DNA of 64,000 nucleotides from a virus. Below are positions 1 through 8,158 of the stretch, one piece after another. The translations under genes were made by a program, and so were the position numbers. The notes below the pieces were generated by a model. The model was not told the origin of the DNA. It saw only the letters and a list, made by a program, of their open reading frames with translations, and made no database searches. The DNA is taken from the IMG/VR virus record IMGVR_UViG_3300000651_000004, positions 14,596 to 78,595 of that record; one strand, given 5' to 3'. Positions within the stretch are counted from its first letter, which is position 1; each line of letters starts with the position of its first letter.

Positions 1-613
1 GCGCTCGAGCGCGACCCCCTGGAAGATGGCGGTCTTGGAACTTTCAAGCGGGTCAATGGTTTTTGACACGCTTTACCATCCGGTCAAGCGCGCGAACGAT
101 GAAGGATACGAAGAGCACGAGCTTGGGGAATGGATATCCCCTTGCTTTTGCAAGGTGAAAGACAGCTTCCCCTTGCGTTGCGAGTTCCAGTTCAACCTCT
201 GGTACGAGGCGGGCTTGAGGCTCTTTCTCTCCGTATCCAGCGGCAACCTGGTCCAGTTCTGGGTATATTTCGACGGCCAGATTTACCGGCCGCCTTTCGG
301 GAACATCTTCGAGTCTTCTTACCAGGTCTGTTTCGGTCACAACGAGACAGCTCTGGTCAAGGCGCTGGACAACCGTTATAGCGACTCGGGCAAGCTGTCG
401 CGTATTCTGACTATGCTCTCATCGAGCCCCTGGAACGCGGACACCTTCATTCAGGGCGATATCGCGATCCTGAACGATCTGGTCCGTTTTGACAGCACAA
501 AAGCGGAGCTGCCGATGCTGCCGCCTTTAAACCCGCACAGAATCAAGGAATGCCACGTGGCCGCCAACAAGGATCTGGCGGACATCACCGGACGCATTGT
601 CACCTACGTATGA
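1..613 (+). CDS. Prokaryotic E2-like protein (Prok-E2 family D / PRTRC protein B-like), probably 5'-truncated by the window edge
   Basis: Motif IYRPPFGNIFESSYQVCFG resembles the LYxxPxxNxxxxGxVCxG catalytic-Cys signature of Prok-E2_D. The frame is open from base 2 (first ATG at 26). It lies upstream of ThiF and JAB genes. Confidence 0.6.
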   Translation, partial: RSSATPWKMAVLELSSGSMVFDTLYHPVKRANDEGYEEHELGEWISPCFCKVKDSFPLRCEFQFNLWYEAGLRLFLSVSSGNLVQFWVYFDGQIYRPPFGNIFESSYQVCFGHNETALVKALDNRYSDSGKLSRILTMLSSSPWNADTFIQGDIAILNDLVRFDSTKAELPMLPPLNPHRIKECHVAANKDLADITGRIVTYV

Positions 614-960
614 TCGAACCAAATAAAGATAATTGGCACCATGAAGTGGTTGAGAAAGCCAGGGTTAACCATAGCGCTGCCCTGGCTGACTTGATCAAGA
701 TTCACCGGGCCAACCTGCTGGCTCAGTTTACCAGCAGAGTAAGGAACAGGTACGACCATTTCGATGTCTTCACCTTGGTTAACATCCTGGCCCAAGGCTA
801 CCTGGACCCCTACGCGCGCGACACGTTGAACGCGCTCGACCCGCAATTAGAAGAGCAATTGAGCCAGATTTATAACCTGACGCAATCCGCCCTGGCCAAG
901 ATCTCCAAACTACAAGCGCCGGATCTCGGCAAATTGAAAGAACTACTTAACTATCTATGA
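610..960 (+). CDS. Hypothetical helical protein (116 aa) in the Ub-like operon
   Basis: ATG at 610 overlaps the upstream TGA (ATGA), and its stop overlaps the ThiF start (ATGA). Confidence 0.7.
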   Translation: MIEPNKDNWHHEVVEKARVNHSAALADLIKIHRANLLAQFTSRVRNRYDHFDVFTLVNILAQGYLDPYARDTLNALDPQLEEQLSQIYNLTQSALAKISKLQAPDLGKLKELLNYL

Positions 961-1613
961 GCCATTTAATTGTTGGAGCCGGGGGCACCGCCAGCTGGCT
1001 GGTGCCCTTGCTCAAGCGGATGGTCAAGCCTCCGGCCAATATCACGGTTTGTGACGGCGACATCCTGGAAGCCAGGAACATTGATCGCCAGCTCTTTGAC
1101 CAAACCTTTATCGGCTGGAACAAAGCGGAAGCCCTGGCTGAACTGCATATCATAAACTATGACCCGAATTATCTATCGCGGGATTGGGACCTTTATTCTA
1201 TCGAAGGACCGTGGAGTTGTCTCTGGTGTTGCGCGGACAATCATGTTGCTCGCGCTTTATGCCTGGACCTGGTTGACGAAGACAAGGCGCTAATGACCAT
1301 CATCGGGGGCAACGAGTACAACGATAGCGAGGCATACCCCTATTTAAAAGCCTGGAAAGGCAGCAGTGCCGATCCCAGGCTTTATTATCCGGAGCTGCTT
1401 AACGATCAAAGCAACGATCCGACCAACCCCAGTTGCCAGGGATTACCGCAGGAACAAAATCGCCAGCTGGCTCTGGCCAATTACTTAAGCGCCGGATTCA
1501 TGATGCACTTGTATTGGTTCATCACCAATCATGGCCACGAGGTGGAGAAGATCAATTGGCCGATGCGCCACATGTGCAATTTTGCGGCCTTTAACACCAA
1601 ACCAATGCGATGA
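957..1613 (+). CDS. ThiF/E1-like adenylyltransferase (PRTRC ThiF-like)
   Basis: LIVGAGGTAS nucleotide-binding loop, DGDxLExxNxxRQxF, GxNKA, CADNxxAR, and YPELL...PSC (candidate catalytic Cys) followed by QxxxAN. Confidence 0.9.
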   Translation: MSHLIVGAGGTASWLVPLLKRMVKPPANITVCDGDILEARNIDRQLFDQTFIGWNKAEALAELHIINYDPNYLSRDWDLYSIEGPWSCLWCCADNHVARALCLDLVDEDKALMTIIGGNEYNDSEAYPYLKAWKGSSADPRLYYPELLNDQSNDPTNPSCQGLPQEQNRQLALANYLSAGFMMHLYWFITNHGHEVEKINWPMRHMCNFAAFNTKPMR

Positions 1614-2566
1614 AATTTCAGCTATATATCAACGCAGTAAATCACCATGTTAAAATCATCACTGAAGGGCAACAATCAGGGGCTGACTTTGTTCTGCTCG
1701 CCGAGCGCGATCCGGAAGAAGAGATCCAGTTCACATCCGATTGTGCTTATTACAACCCATTGCTTAAGCGTATCGACGCCCTGCAGCTCTTTCTGGTCAA
1801 TGGTACTGGCGATCTGATGGGCTATCATTCCGGTCGCCCTCCGGGATCGCTTAACAAAGCTGAGCGAAAGATCTTGTGGCGCGGCTGGTTCAAGTTAATT
1901 CCGCGCAACTTGAGCGCCCTGGACGTGCCGCCCTTGATCTTTGCTCAGATGCAGCGGTTTCCCAAAATGAAAGGGGTAATCAGCCAGGCAATAAGAACTC
2001 AGATGGGATTGCGGGTGCCGGATGAACTGGAAGCGCCTGATATCGACGCCTGGATGGCTTGGATCATGGCGCAACGGATGGCGATCACGCCGGTAATCAA
2101 AAGCTGCTTCGAACAGCTTCGAACTAGTCCATCATTCCTGGTTTTTCCTGTTCCGGTCAAAACCTTCTTTTTGACCGGGGTTGAGCCTGAGCCGCAGTTT
2201 GAGATTCGAGTACGGCGATGTGAGATTCGCACCGTTAAACAACTTCAACGCCAGCTGTTCGAATCTTACGAGCACCGTCTTACGGTGCCCAAGTCGTTGC
2301 TGGACGCCGGCAATGACGCTCTCCTGGCTCATGCTAAAAAAGAGTGGGGCGATGACTGGGACCAGATTCAGCAGTATTCGACCGGATCAGACTTAATCCA
2401 GGCTGATAAAGCCGAATCGATTGAAACCGGACTGATCATTTTCGTTAAAGGCCCCAACGATTCGAGCTTCCAATTCTGGAGTGATCCGGCTGGCCGGCCG
2501 GATTCGATTCACGATTTATTCGCGAAAGTTATCGAGGAACAAGAACACAATGCAAGAGTACGTTGA
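1610..2566 (+). CDS. Hypothetical protein (318 aa) between E1 and JAB
   Basis: Long ORF, ATGA-coupled to ThiF. No motif recognised. Confidence 0.7.
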   Translation: MKFQLYINAVNHHVKIITEGQQSGADFVLLAERDPEEEIQFTSDCAYYNPLLKRIDALQLFLVNGTGDLMGYHSGRPPGSLNKAERKILWRGWFKLIPRNLSALDVPPLIFAQMQRFPKMKGVISQAIRTQMGLRVPDELEAPDIDAWMAWIMAQRMAITPVIKSCFEQLRTSPSFLVFPVPVKTFFLTGVEPEPQFEIRVRRCEIRTVKQLQRQLFESYEHRLTVPKSLLDAGNDALLAHAKKEWGDDWDQIQQYSTGSDLIQADKAESIETGLIIFVKGPNDSSFQFWSDPAGRPDSIHDLFAKVIEEQEHNARVR

Positions 2567-3644
2567 CCCATTCATTACTAGTGACGGGAAATTTTATACC
2601 CGTTTCGAGAGTCCGCTGGTCACGGGCTATATGCCCGTTCCGATCCCGAAGGGTGACCCCACCCTTCGCTGGCACGGGCCGAAGATCCATTTGGAACAAA
2701 GCTGGTGGCCGGCTTTGAAATTCATGGAAGACCATGCCGCGCATGAAGTGATTTTGCGGCTCTTCATGCTGGCTGATAAATCTGAGATCATCATTTTTCC
2801 GCTTAGCCAGATCTATGGCACCGGCATGACTGTGAAAGAAGAGATAAGCCAGGAAGAGCGCGAAACCTGGGCTAAAGCCGGCCTGATTGAGGCCGGCACG
2901 GTACATAGCCATTGTGATGGAGGCGCGTTTCAATCCTCGACTGATAAGAACGATGAGGAAGCCCGTGACGGGCTCCATCTTACAGTCGGCAAACTGAAAA
3001 GCGATCAATTCGATATTCATTCGAGGATGACCTGGACGATTCCAGGAGAAGAGAAAGACGGAAAAGTTATCCGGGCATCCATCCGAACCAGCCAGGCAAC
3101 GAACCTGGCCGATTGGTTTATCTTTCCTGATCACGTACTGGCTTTCATCGCGGCAGAACCGGAGCTGGAACGGGATGTGATTAAATACGTGCTGACCAAG
3201 CCTCCGCATGTGCATGTCGTCTATCCTCCAGAGTGGAAAGAGAAACTGATTCGCCGCCAGACTATGGTTACCAGCACCAGCCCAGTCGCTGGTTCGCATA
3301 ACATGTGGAGTGCGCCTTATCAGCAGCAGCCTCTCTCGATGGCTGACGATATCCCAATCTATAAAAAAAAAGAAAACAGCCAAAACCAGGACCCAAGATT
3401 GCTCGACGCAAAAGAAAACCTCATCTGGGATCTCTGGAGTGAGGTGATGGGTATAATCGCTGACAGTGCCCAGCTTCGTGAGTACCAGGTCAGTGTCAGC
3501 GATTTTGAACCCATTAAACGGCCGCAGCTCTTCAAATGCGTACCGGAAGCAGTAGAGGTATGGGCATCAATCGCCGGGATGCTGGCCGCCAACAACGTTT
3601 CTGAAGCAGAGTTTTTTCAAAACTTTGACGACAGGCTTACTTGA
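2550..3644 (+). CDS. JAB/MPN+ (JAMM) metallo-isopeptidase, PRTRC protein A-like
   Basis: N-terminal Glu (HEV) plus GTVHSHCDGGAFQSSTDKNDE, matching HxH-x7-S-xx-D, then GLHLTVG. ATG at 2550 chosen as the start. Confidence 0.88.
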   Translation: MQEYVDPFITSDGKFYTRFESPLVTGYMPVPIPKGDPTLRWHGPKIHLEQSWWPALKFMEDHAAHEVILRLFMLADKSEIIIFPLSQIYGTGMTVKEEISQEERETWAKAGLIEAGTVHSHCDGGAFQSSTDKNDEEARDGLHLTVGKLKSDQFDIHSRMTWTIPGEEKDGKVIRASIRTSQATNLADWFIFPDHVLAFIAAEPELERDVIKYVLTKPPHVHVVYPPEWKEKLIRRQTMVTSTSPVAGSHNMWSAPYQQQPLSMADDIPIYKKKENSQNQDPRLLDAKENLIWDLWSEVMGIIADSAQLREYQVSVSDFEPIKRPQLFKCVPEAVEVWASIAGMLAANNVSEAEFFQNFDDRLT

Positions 3645-3883
3645 ACCATGAACATGAAGACATACGTAACGAGGGTTGCGTGGACTCGATCCAGGATGAC
3701 GCCGAGTTCCTTGTTTGGATGTACGAGGGGCATTACGGCTTCATCAATCCCCTGGATCAGTTCGAGTTTGATGATGAGCTTTCACGAGCTCATTTTGAGA
3801 CCCCTTGGCCATTCTACTTCATACTGGCTAAGTGGCGTCCGGTCGCCTTCGACCTGTGGCGCAGATTGAGACGGTCACGCTGA
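3641..3883 (+). CDS. Hypothetical protein (80 aa)
   Basis: TTG start overlapping the JAB stop; acidic and aromatic composition. Confidence 0.55.
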   Translation: MNHEHEDIRNEGCVDSIQDDAEFLVWMYEGHYGFINPLDQFEFDDELSRAHFETPWPFYFILAKWRPVAFDLWRRLRRSR

Positions 3884-4471
3884 CCGTTTCCAACACCAAT
3901 CGGGGAACACCATTTTCTTGGTGATTCCCTTTTTTAACGCTTCCAGGGGCAGATGGATCTGTGCCTGGTTAGAGCATCCACACACCTGACAGGCTCCCAG
4001 CCGCTCATCGAAAGGAGATCTCTTATGACCGATAAGTTCTAAAGTATATTTGATTAAGCCACGGCATGGCTGGCAGCCTTCAATTGGGATATTCTTAGGA
4101 CATGAAGCGCAAATTTCCGCCCTGGTATCGGCCTCAGCCTGGGATACAAAAGCTCTCTTCTTCATCCATGCCGCCGCGACCTGGAGAAAATGTCGTACAT
4201 CTTCCAGGTCAACCGAGTGCTCTGAAGAGGGCGATTGGCAAGGTCGGCAGAATATTGCGCGCGCGTTAGGGGGTAACTTAGTGCAGATCTGAGTCTGGAT
4301 TTCATTATCCAGATCCGGCCCAGCCATAAAGGAATTGATTTGCCGGTGCTTGCGCACTTTCTCGCGCAAATCATAATAATCGCCTCCACGCAATTCGAGG
4401 CCTGAATCTTCCTGGTAGTACTTCCAACCGCCAGGAGGAACGTGGAGCAAATTCGAAAGACATTGAAACAT
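3875..4471 (-). CDS. Cys-rich, probably Zn-binding phage protein
   Basis: CxxC pairs (CRPC, CASC, CQPC, CQVCGC) and a C-terminal WCW. Confidence 0.75.
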   Translation of the reverse strand: MFQCLSNLLHVPPGGWKYYQEDSGLELRGGDYYDLREKVRKHRQINSFMAGPDLDNEIQTQICTKLPPNARAIFCRPCQSPSSEHSVDLEDVRHFLQVAAAWMKKRAFVSQAEADTRAEICASCPKNIPIEGCQPCRGLIKYTLELIGHKRSPFDERLGACQVCGCSNQAQIHLPLEALKKGITKKMVFPDWCWKRSA

Positions 4472-4537
4472 GGTAAGTTATAGACTACAAAGTGGAAAAA
4501 GCGGGTCATTCGACTCGCGGGAATTCTACAATCGCAT

Positions 4538-4837
4538 ATGTCTCAAGGAAGCAATCCCGGATGTAAAGCCATGGAAAGCCAGGTTGCGCGCGTGCCTGGA
4601 ACCAATATTGGCGGGGGTGCTAAACCCGGCCCCAATGACGGCACAAAGCATATCAACCCAGTCCCAAGCTTTTCAGGTGGTTCGGGAGGACATGACCGGG
4701 CAACAAACCCGCGCGAAAAAGCAATGGAAGGAGAAGTAAATCCAGTGCCAAAAGGTGGCGGCGGCGGCCGATCTTCACGCGCATCACAAGGAACAAATTT
4801 CGCAGCCAAGCGGGCTGCAGTCAGAAAAAAAGGGTAA
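4538..4837 (+). CDS. Small Gly/Lys/Arg-rich disordered protein
   Basis: ORF with ATG just after the divergent intergenic gap; low complexity with a basic C-terminus. Confidence 0.55.
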   Translation: MSQGSNPGCKAMESQVARVPGTNIGGGAKPGPNDGTKHINPVPSFSGGSGGHDRATNPREKAMEGEVNPVPKGGGGGRSSRASQGTNFAAKRAAVRKKG

Positions 4838-4970
4838 AAAGAACCAGCAAAGCCCAGATGGGCGGTTCCAGTTCTCCTGATCCGCGGTTTGGAGCAGCCC
4901 GATGGAACATGTGAGTGACCAAGGTTTAAAGAATTTTATTGCCTTGGTTTTGGAACAAGAAGAATCACCA

Positions 4971-5207
4971 ATGGCTAAGCTCACAGCAGCTAAACGCAGA
5001 GCGCTTCCCTCTAAAAGCTTCGCTCTTCCCGGCAAGGGAAAAGGGCCTGAAGGCAAAGGCGCTGGTTCTTATCCGATCCCAGATCGCAGCCATGCACAAA
5101 ATGCATTGGCGCGCGTCAGTCAACACGGTTCTTCAGAGGAAAAAGCCAGGGTGCGCGCGAAAGTGCGTGCAAAATATCCAGGGATGGGTAAAGCCAAGAA
5201 GAAGTAA
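4971..5207 (+). CDS. Small basic protein, DUF6582-like
   Basis: MAKLTAAKRRALPSKSFALP...YPIPDRSHAQNALARV pattern. An alternative in-frame ATG exists at 4902. Confidence 0.75.
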   Translation: MAKLTAAKRRALPSKSFALPGKGKGPEGKGAGSYPIPDRSHAQNALARVSQHGSSEEKARVRAKVRAKYPGMGKAKKK

Positions 5208-5213
5208 TTTTAA

Positions 5214-5310
5214 TGCCGGGAGCAAGAGAGCGTATCTGCTTTGTTTCGGACTCACCTCCTTTCCAAAGCGTGAACGGGCTCCGGTGCGGGTAACTGCACC
5301 CCCGGCACCA
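5214..5310 (+). ncRNA. Putative tRNA-like structured RNA with an anti-Shine-Dalgarno loop
   Basis: TGCCGGG (5214-5220) pairs with CCCGGCA (5301-5307), followed by CCA. GGTGCGG-GTAA-CTGCACC hairpin. The GCTTTG/CAAAGC stem encloses CTCACCTCCTTT. It fills the intergenic gap. Confidence 0.55.
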
Positions 5311-5315
5311 TTTTT

Positions 5316-5738
5316 ATGCCTCCTTCAATTCCTGCACCGGGAATTCCACCTGAAGTACGGCTTTCAACTCAAGTGCCAGCCGGGGTAAAATTGCCAGCTG
5401 GCACCCAACCCAATCAATTGGATAACCCACCCCTGACCCGTTCGATTATTCCGAGCGCCACCCCGCCCCAATACGTGGTCAGCGACCCTTTTACCGGGTT
5501 GGGAGTGATTGAGGTTTTGAATATTCGAGCAGCCATGTTGGCGCGCCTGGAGCTGCTTGACGCGGACAAGGAAGTTAATCCCGACAATGTTGACGCTGTA
5601 AAACGGGTCCTGGCTGTTTTAAGCGCCAAGCTCGACCCTCGCCCTGCCAATGCAGGACTCGCAGTGCTTCCGATCCCCGCACCACCGCCGGCCCTGGTTG
5701 GGACAGTGCCGATGCCTCAACCGTTGCCGCTTAAATAA
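5316..5738 (+). CDS. Pro-rich hypothetical protein
   Basis: 140-aa ORF with a central helical segment. Confidence 0.65.
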   Translation: MPPSIPAPGIPPEVRLSTQVPAGVKLPAGTQPNQLDNPPLTRSIIPSATPPQYVVSDPFTGLGVIEVLNIRAAMLARLELLDADKEVNPDNVDAVKRVLAVLSAKLDPRPANAGLAVLPIPAPPPALVGTVPMPQPLPLK

Positions 5739-6286
5739 TTGGCGGCGATCTGGGTCCAGGCGCTCAAGCGGCCGGCAATAAAAAGATAAGGAGCCAGTGA
5801 TGCCGGTAATCCGATCGTGATCGCTACACACGCTGTGTAAGCGCTGGGATTTGGATAAAGTTGTTTGCCCAACGCTGCAAACTCGGCAGTAACCGAATCC
5901 AATCTCCTGGCCAGTTCAGGCCGGAACTTGCGAAGAAGATCATCTACTTCGACCCAGATTGGATCAATCTCTTCCCGCTGGAACGTGCCGCCCCATCCCG
6001 GCACTCTTTCATTACGACCAAGGATCAACGGCATTTCGATTGCTGGGAAAGGCTGATCCAAAAATTCGACAGTTTTCTCTAAAGGCGCATGCTTAGCGCC
6101 GATGCATAATATCCCAGCCGCAATCGCTTTCGCCAGACACCCGCCGCCAGCGGCAGCGTTGGTGACCGTGACAGTGGACGGATTATTGCGAAAAGTACTT
6201 TCATGATGCGCACGAAAGAGCGCATCCAGTAACTGCTGCTCGCTTTCGGTGAGCGGTTCAGCACGCCAAAAAGGAACAATGCCCAT
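5717..6286 (-). CDS. Citrate synthase / citryl-CoA lyase-fold protein with a degenerate active site
   Basis: LLDAL..AH...N(P)ST..., AIAAG...GxxH, RVPGWGG (canonical IPGFGH), LYPNPS (canonical LxPNVD), LFIAGRLSAW (canonical FxxxRxxGW). Confidence 0.7.
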   Translation of the reverse strand: MGIVPFWRAEPLTESEQQLLDALFRAHHESTFRNNPSTVTVTNAAAGGGCLAKAIAAGILCIGAKHAPLEKTVEFLDQPFPAIEMPLILGRNERVPGWGGTFQREEIDPIWVEVDDLLRKFRPELARRLDSVTAEFAALGKQLYPNPSAYTACVAITIGLPASLAPYLFIAGRLSAWTQIAANYLSGNG

Positions 6287-6497
6287 GCCCGATCTTATTT
6301 TAGAGGAAAAACCTATTTATTTAAATGGCGTAGAGCGGGAAATTCTGCTTTACGACCTGCATTGCAGGCTGAGCGATCTGCTCAATTATATTGACCTGGC
6401 TAAGACGCATTTGAGCGCCATGCCGGAAAACTGGGTTCGTTTAAGGGCCAGCACCTTACGAACCTTGATAGCAAAGCTGGAAGAAGAAACAAAATGA
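6279..6497 (+). CDS. Hypothetical protein
   Basis: ATG at 6279 or 6285; the stop is ATGA-coupled to the next gene. Confidence 0.6.
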   Translation: MPMPDLILEEKPIYLNGVEREILLYDLHCRLSDLLNYIDLAKTHLSAMPENWVRLRASTLRTLIAKLEEETK

Positions 6498-7069
6498 AGA
6501 AACTAACTGGTTATTTAATAGATCCCTTCCAACGGAAGGTTCACGAGATAGAAACAACTGACGATATCCTCGACTGGCACAAATTGCTCGATTGCGACAC
6601 CCTGGATGTGGCGCGTGTTGAGCAGAGCGTCGATATCTGGGTCGATGACAACGGGCTCCTGCGTGAGCCGTATTATCCGCTCTTTTATTATCTGGGGTAC
6701 CAGAACCCGCTCTGCGGTTACGCCCTGGCGCTTTCAAGTAATGCGGAAGGCGAATCGATTTCCCTGAAGCTGCCAGCGGGATATTTCCAAGCGAAAATCC
6801 ATTTTGAAGAATGGGAAAAGCGGTTGGACCCAAACAATTATTTCGATCAGATGAGCCGGGTATATCCGGTTCTTCACATAGGCAAATTCGGGCTGGGTGC
6901 GACACCGATTCATATCTGCTCAATCTGCAAAAAGCCTTTCCAGGGCTTTGGCAACAATCCCCAACCGGTTATCGACGATTTTGACGCCCGGTGCTGTGAC
7001 GAATGCAACAGGGGCATCGTCATCCCTGCGCGGCAGATACGGATCTCCAAAGGATTAAGCGCTTATTAA
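6494..7069 (+). CDS. DUF3846-like protein with a C-terminal Zn finger
   Basis: LIDP...DIWVDDNGLL...PLCG pattern; C-terminal CSIC..GNNPQP..RCCDECN. Confidence 0.65.
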   Translation: MKKLTGYLIDPFQRKVHEIETTDDILDWHKLLDCDTLDVARVEQSVDIWVDDNGLLREPYYPLFYYLGYQNPLCGYALALSSNAEGESISLKLPAGYFQAKIHFEEWEKRLDPNNYFDQMSRVYPVLHIGKFGLGATPIHICSICKKPFQGFGNNPQPVIDDFDARCCDECNRGIVIPARQIRISKGLSAY

Positions 7070-7073
7070 AAAT

Positions 7074-7541
7074 ATGGAATTAAATAAAATGCTTGAAGGG
7101 GCGGAAGCCCATGCTCGCAAGGTTCTGTTGGAAAAACATCAGTCCTTGCCCCCAACCTGGACCTTGTTTGATAAGAACGATCACGAGACTCGTTTTGCCA
7201 CGCCCTGGAATGATAACTTCCAGAAAAAGCTGGCTGAATTTTTTCTGCGCATGCAGATCGTTCGTTACGAATCGGTCGCCTATAGCTTCGTGACGGAAGC
7301 CTGGCTGGCTTTAACTAATTCTCCGGATTATAAGCCAAACCAGCCGGCTGGTGAACAATCAGAGCGCCAGGAAGTGGTGGTCGCCCTGGCGGTTAATCGT
7401 GAAAGCCAGGAACTTCGAACCTGGATTATTAAACGAGACTATCATGAAAGAGTTATCAAGCTGGAACTTAAGCACATCAAAGATGCTGACACCTCTTTTA
7501 CCAGCTGGATGAGCAGCTTATTTAAACCATGGGAATTTTAA
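7074..7541 (+). CDS. Hypothetical phage protein
   Basis: 155-aa ORF with FVTEAW and RQEVV motifs, seen in conserved phage hypotheticals. Confidence 0.7.
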   Translation: MELNKMLEGAEAHARKVLLEKHQSLPPTWTLFDKNDHETRFATPWNDNFQKKLAEFFLRMQIVRYESVAYSFVTEAWLALTNSPDYKPNQPAGEQSERQEVVVALAVNRESQELRTWIIKRDYHERVIKLELKHIKDADTSFTSWMSSLFKPWEF

Positions 7542-7542
7542 T

Positions 7543-7932
7543 GTGAGATTATTAGAATATGCGGTGCTCTCTGAAGATGGAGAAGTTATGCCTGCCTCCA
7601 TTTTGGAATGGGGAAAGCAAAGTCAAGGTTCTCAGCGCTATATCGCCCAGGATCATCTCTTTGGCTTTTTTGTTTCCACGGTTTTCTTGGGACTCAATCA
7701 TCAGTACAGCCCTGGTAAACCGCCGCTCTGGTTTGAGACAATGATTTTCGACCGCTGGAAGGGCGATTATAATTGTGTAACCGGGCATCCTAACCAATTT
7801 ATCGATCTTTATGTGGACCGGTACACGACCAGGGAAGAAGCATTGCTTGGTCACCAGGAAGCTATTGAGTGGCTGAAAGCGCAACCTTTCTTTTATCAGT
7901 TAGCACTACCGTGGAAAGAAACAAATGACTGA
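7543..7932 (+). CDS. Conserved phage hypothetical protein
   Basis: VSTVFLGLNH...FETMIF...RYxTxEEAxxGH motif, which is common in phage genomes. Confidence 0.75.
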   Translation: MRLLEYAVLSEDGEVMPASILEWGKQSQGSQRYIAQDHLFGFFVSTVFLGLNHQYSPGKPPLWFETMIFDRWKGDYNCVTGHPNQFIDLYVDRYTTREEALLGHQEAIEWLKAQPFFYQLALPWKETND

Positions 7933-8158
7933 AAATGAATACCAGATGGTATTAAAAATTACCAGGTGCCTGGTACAAACTAACCAACTATTATTATCTG
8001 CTTTAGATATTCTGGATGAAGCCAAGGTCCTTAAATCGGATACCAGAGAGTCTTTGGCTAAGCGGCATGAATTAACTGCCAAAGTCTTGGAAGAAGCACA
8101 AATTTTAATTGAAACACACGGCCAATTTGGCCTGGGAAAGAAACAATATGAAAATTGA
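7925..8158 (+). CDS. Hypothetical helical protein
   Basis: ORF overlapping its neighbours in a tightly packed operon. Confidence 0.6.
   Translation: MTENEYQMVLKITRCLVQTNQLLLSALDILDEAKVLKSDTRESLAKRHELTAKVLEEAQILIETHGQFGLGKKQYEN

Noticed and set aside
2529-3383. 284-aa antisense ORF, and many similar shadow ORFs such as 50872-51684 and 57046-57771
   Set aside because: They overlap motif-supported genes, and GC-rich codon bias explains the open alternative frames.
4858-4950. Two imperfect hairpins upstream of the DUF6582-like gene
   Set aside because: The pairing is modest and partly overlaps a possible coding extension from ATG 4902; not enough to call an RNA.
5214-5310. Canonical tRNA (including tRNA-Sec) or 16S rRNA fragment
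   Set aside because: There is no TTCRA T-loop, D arm or 7-nt anticodon loop, and the 16S similarity is limited to about 14 nt. Kept as a putative novel ncRNA instead.
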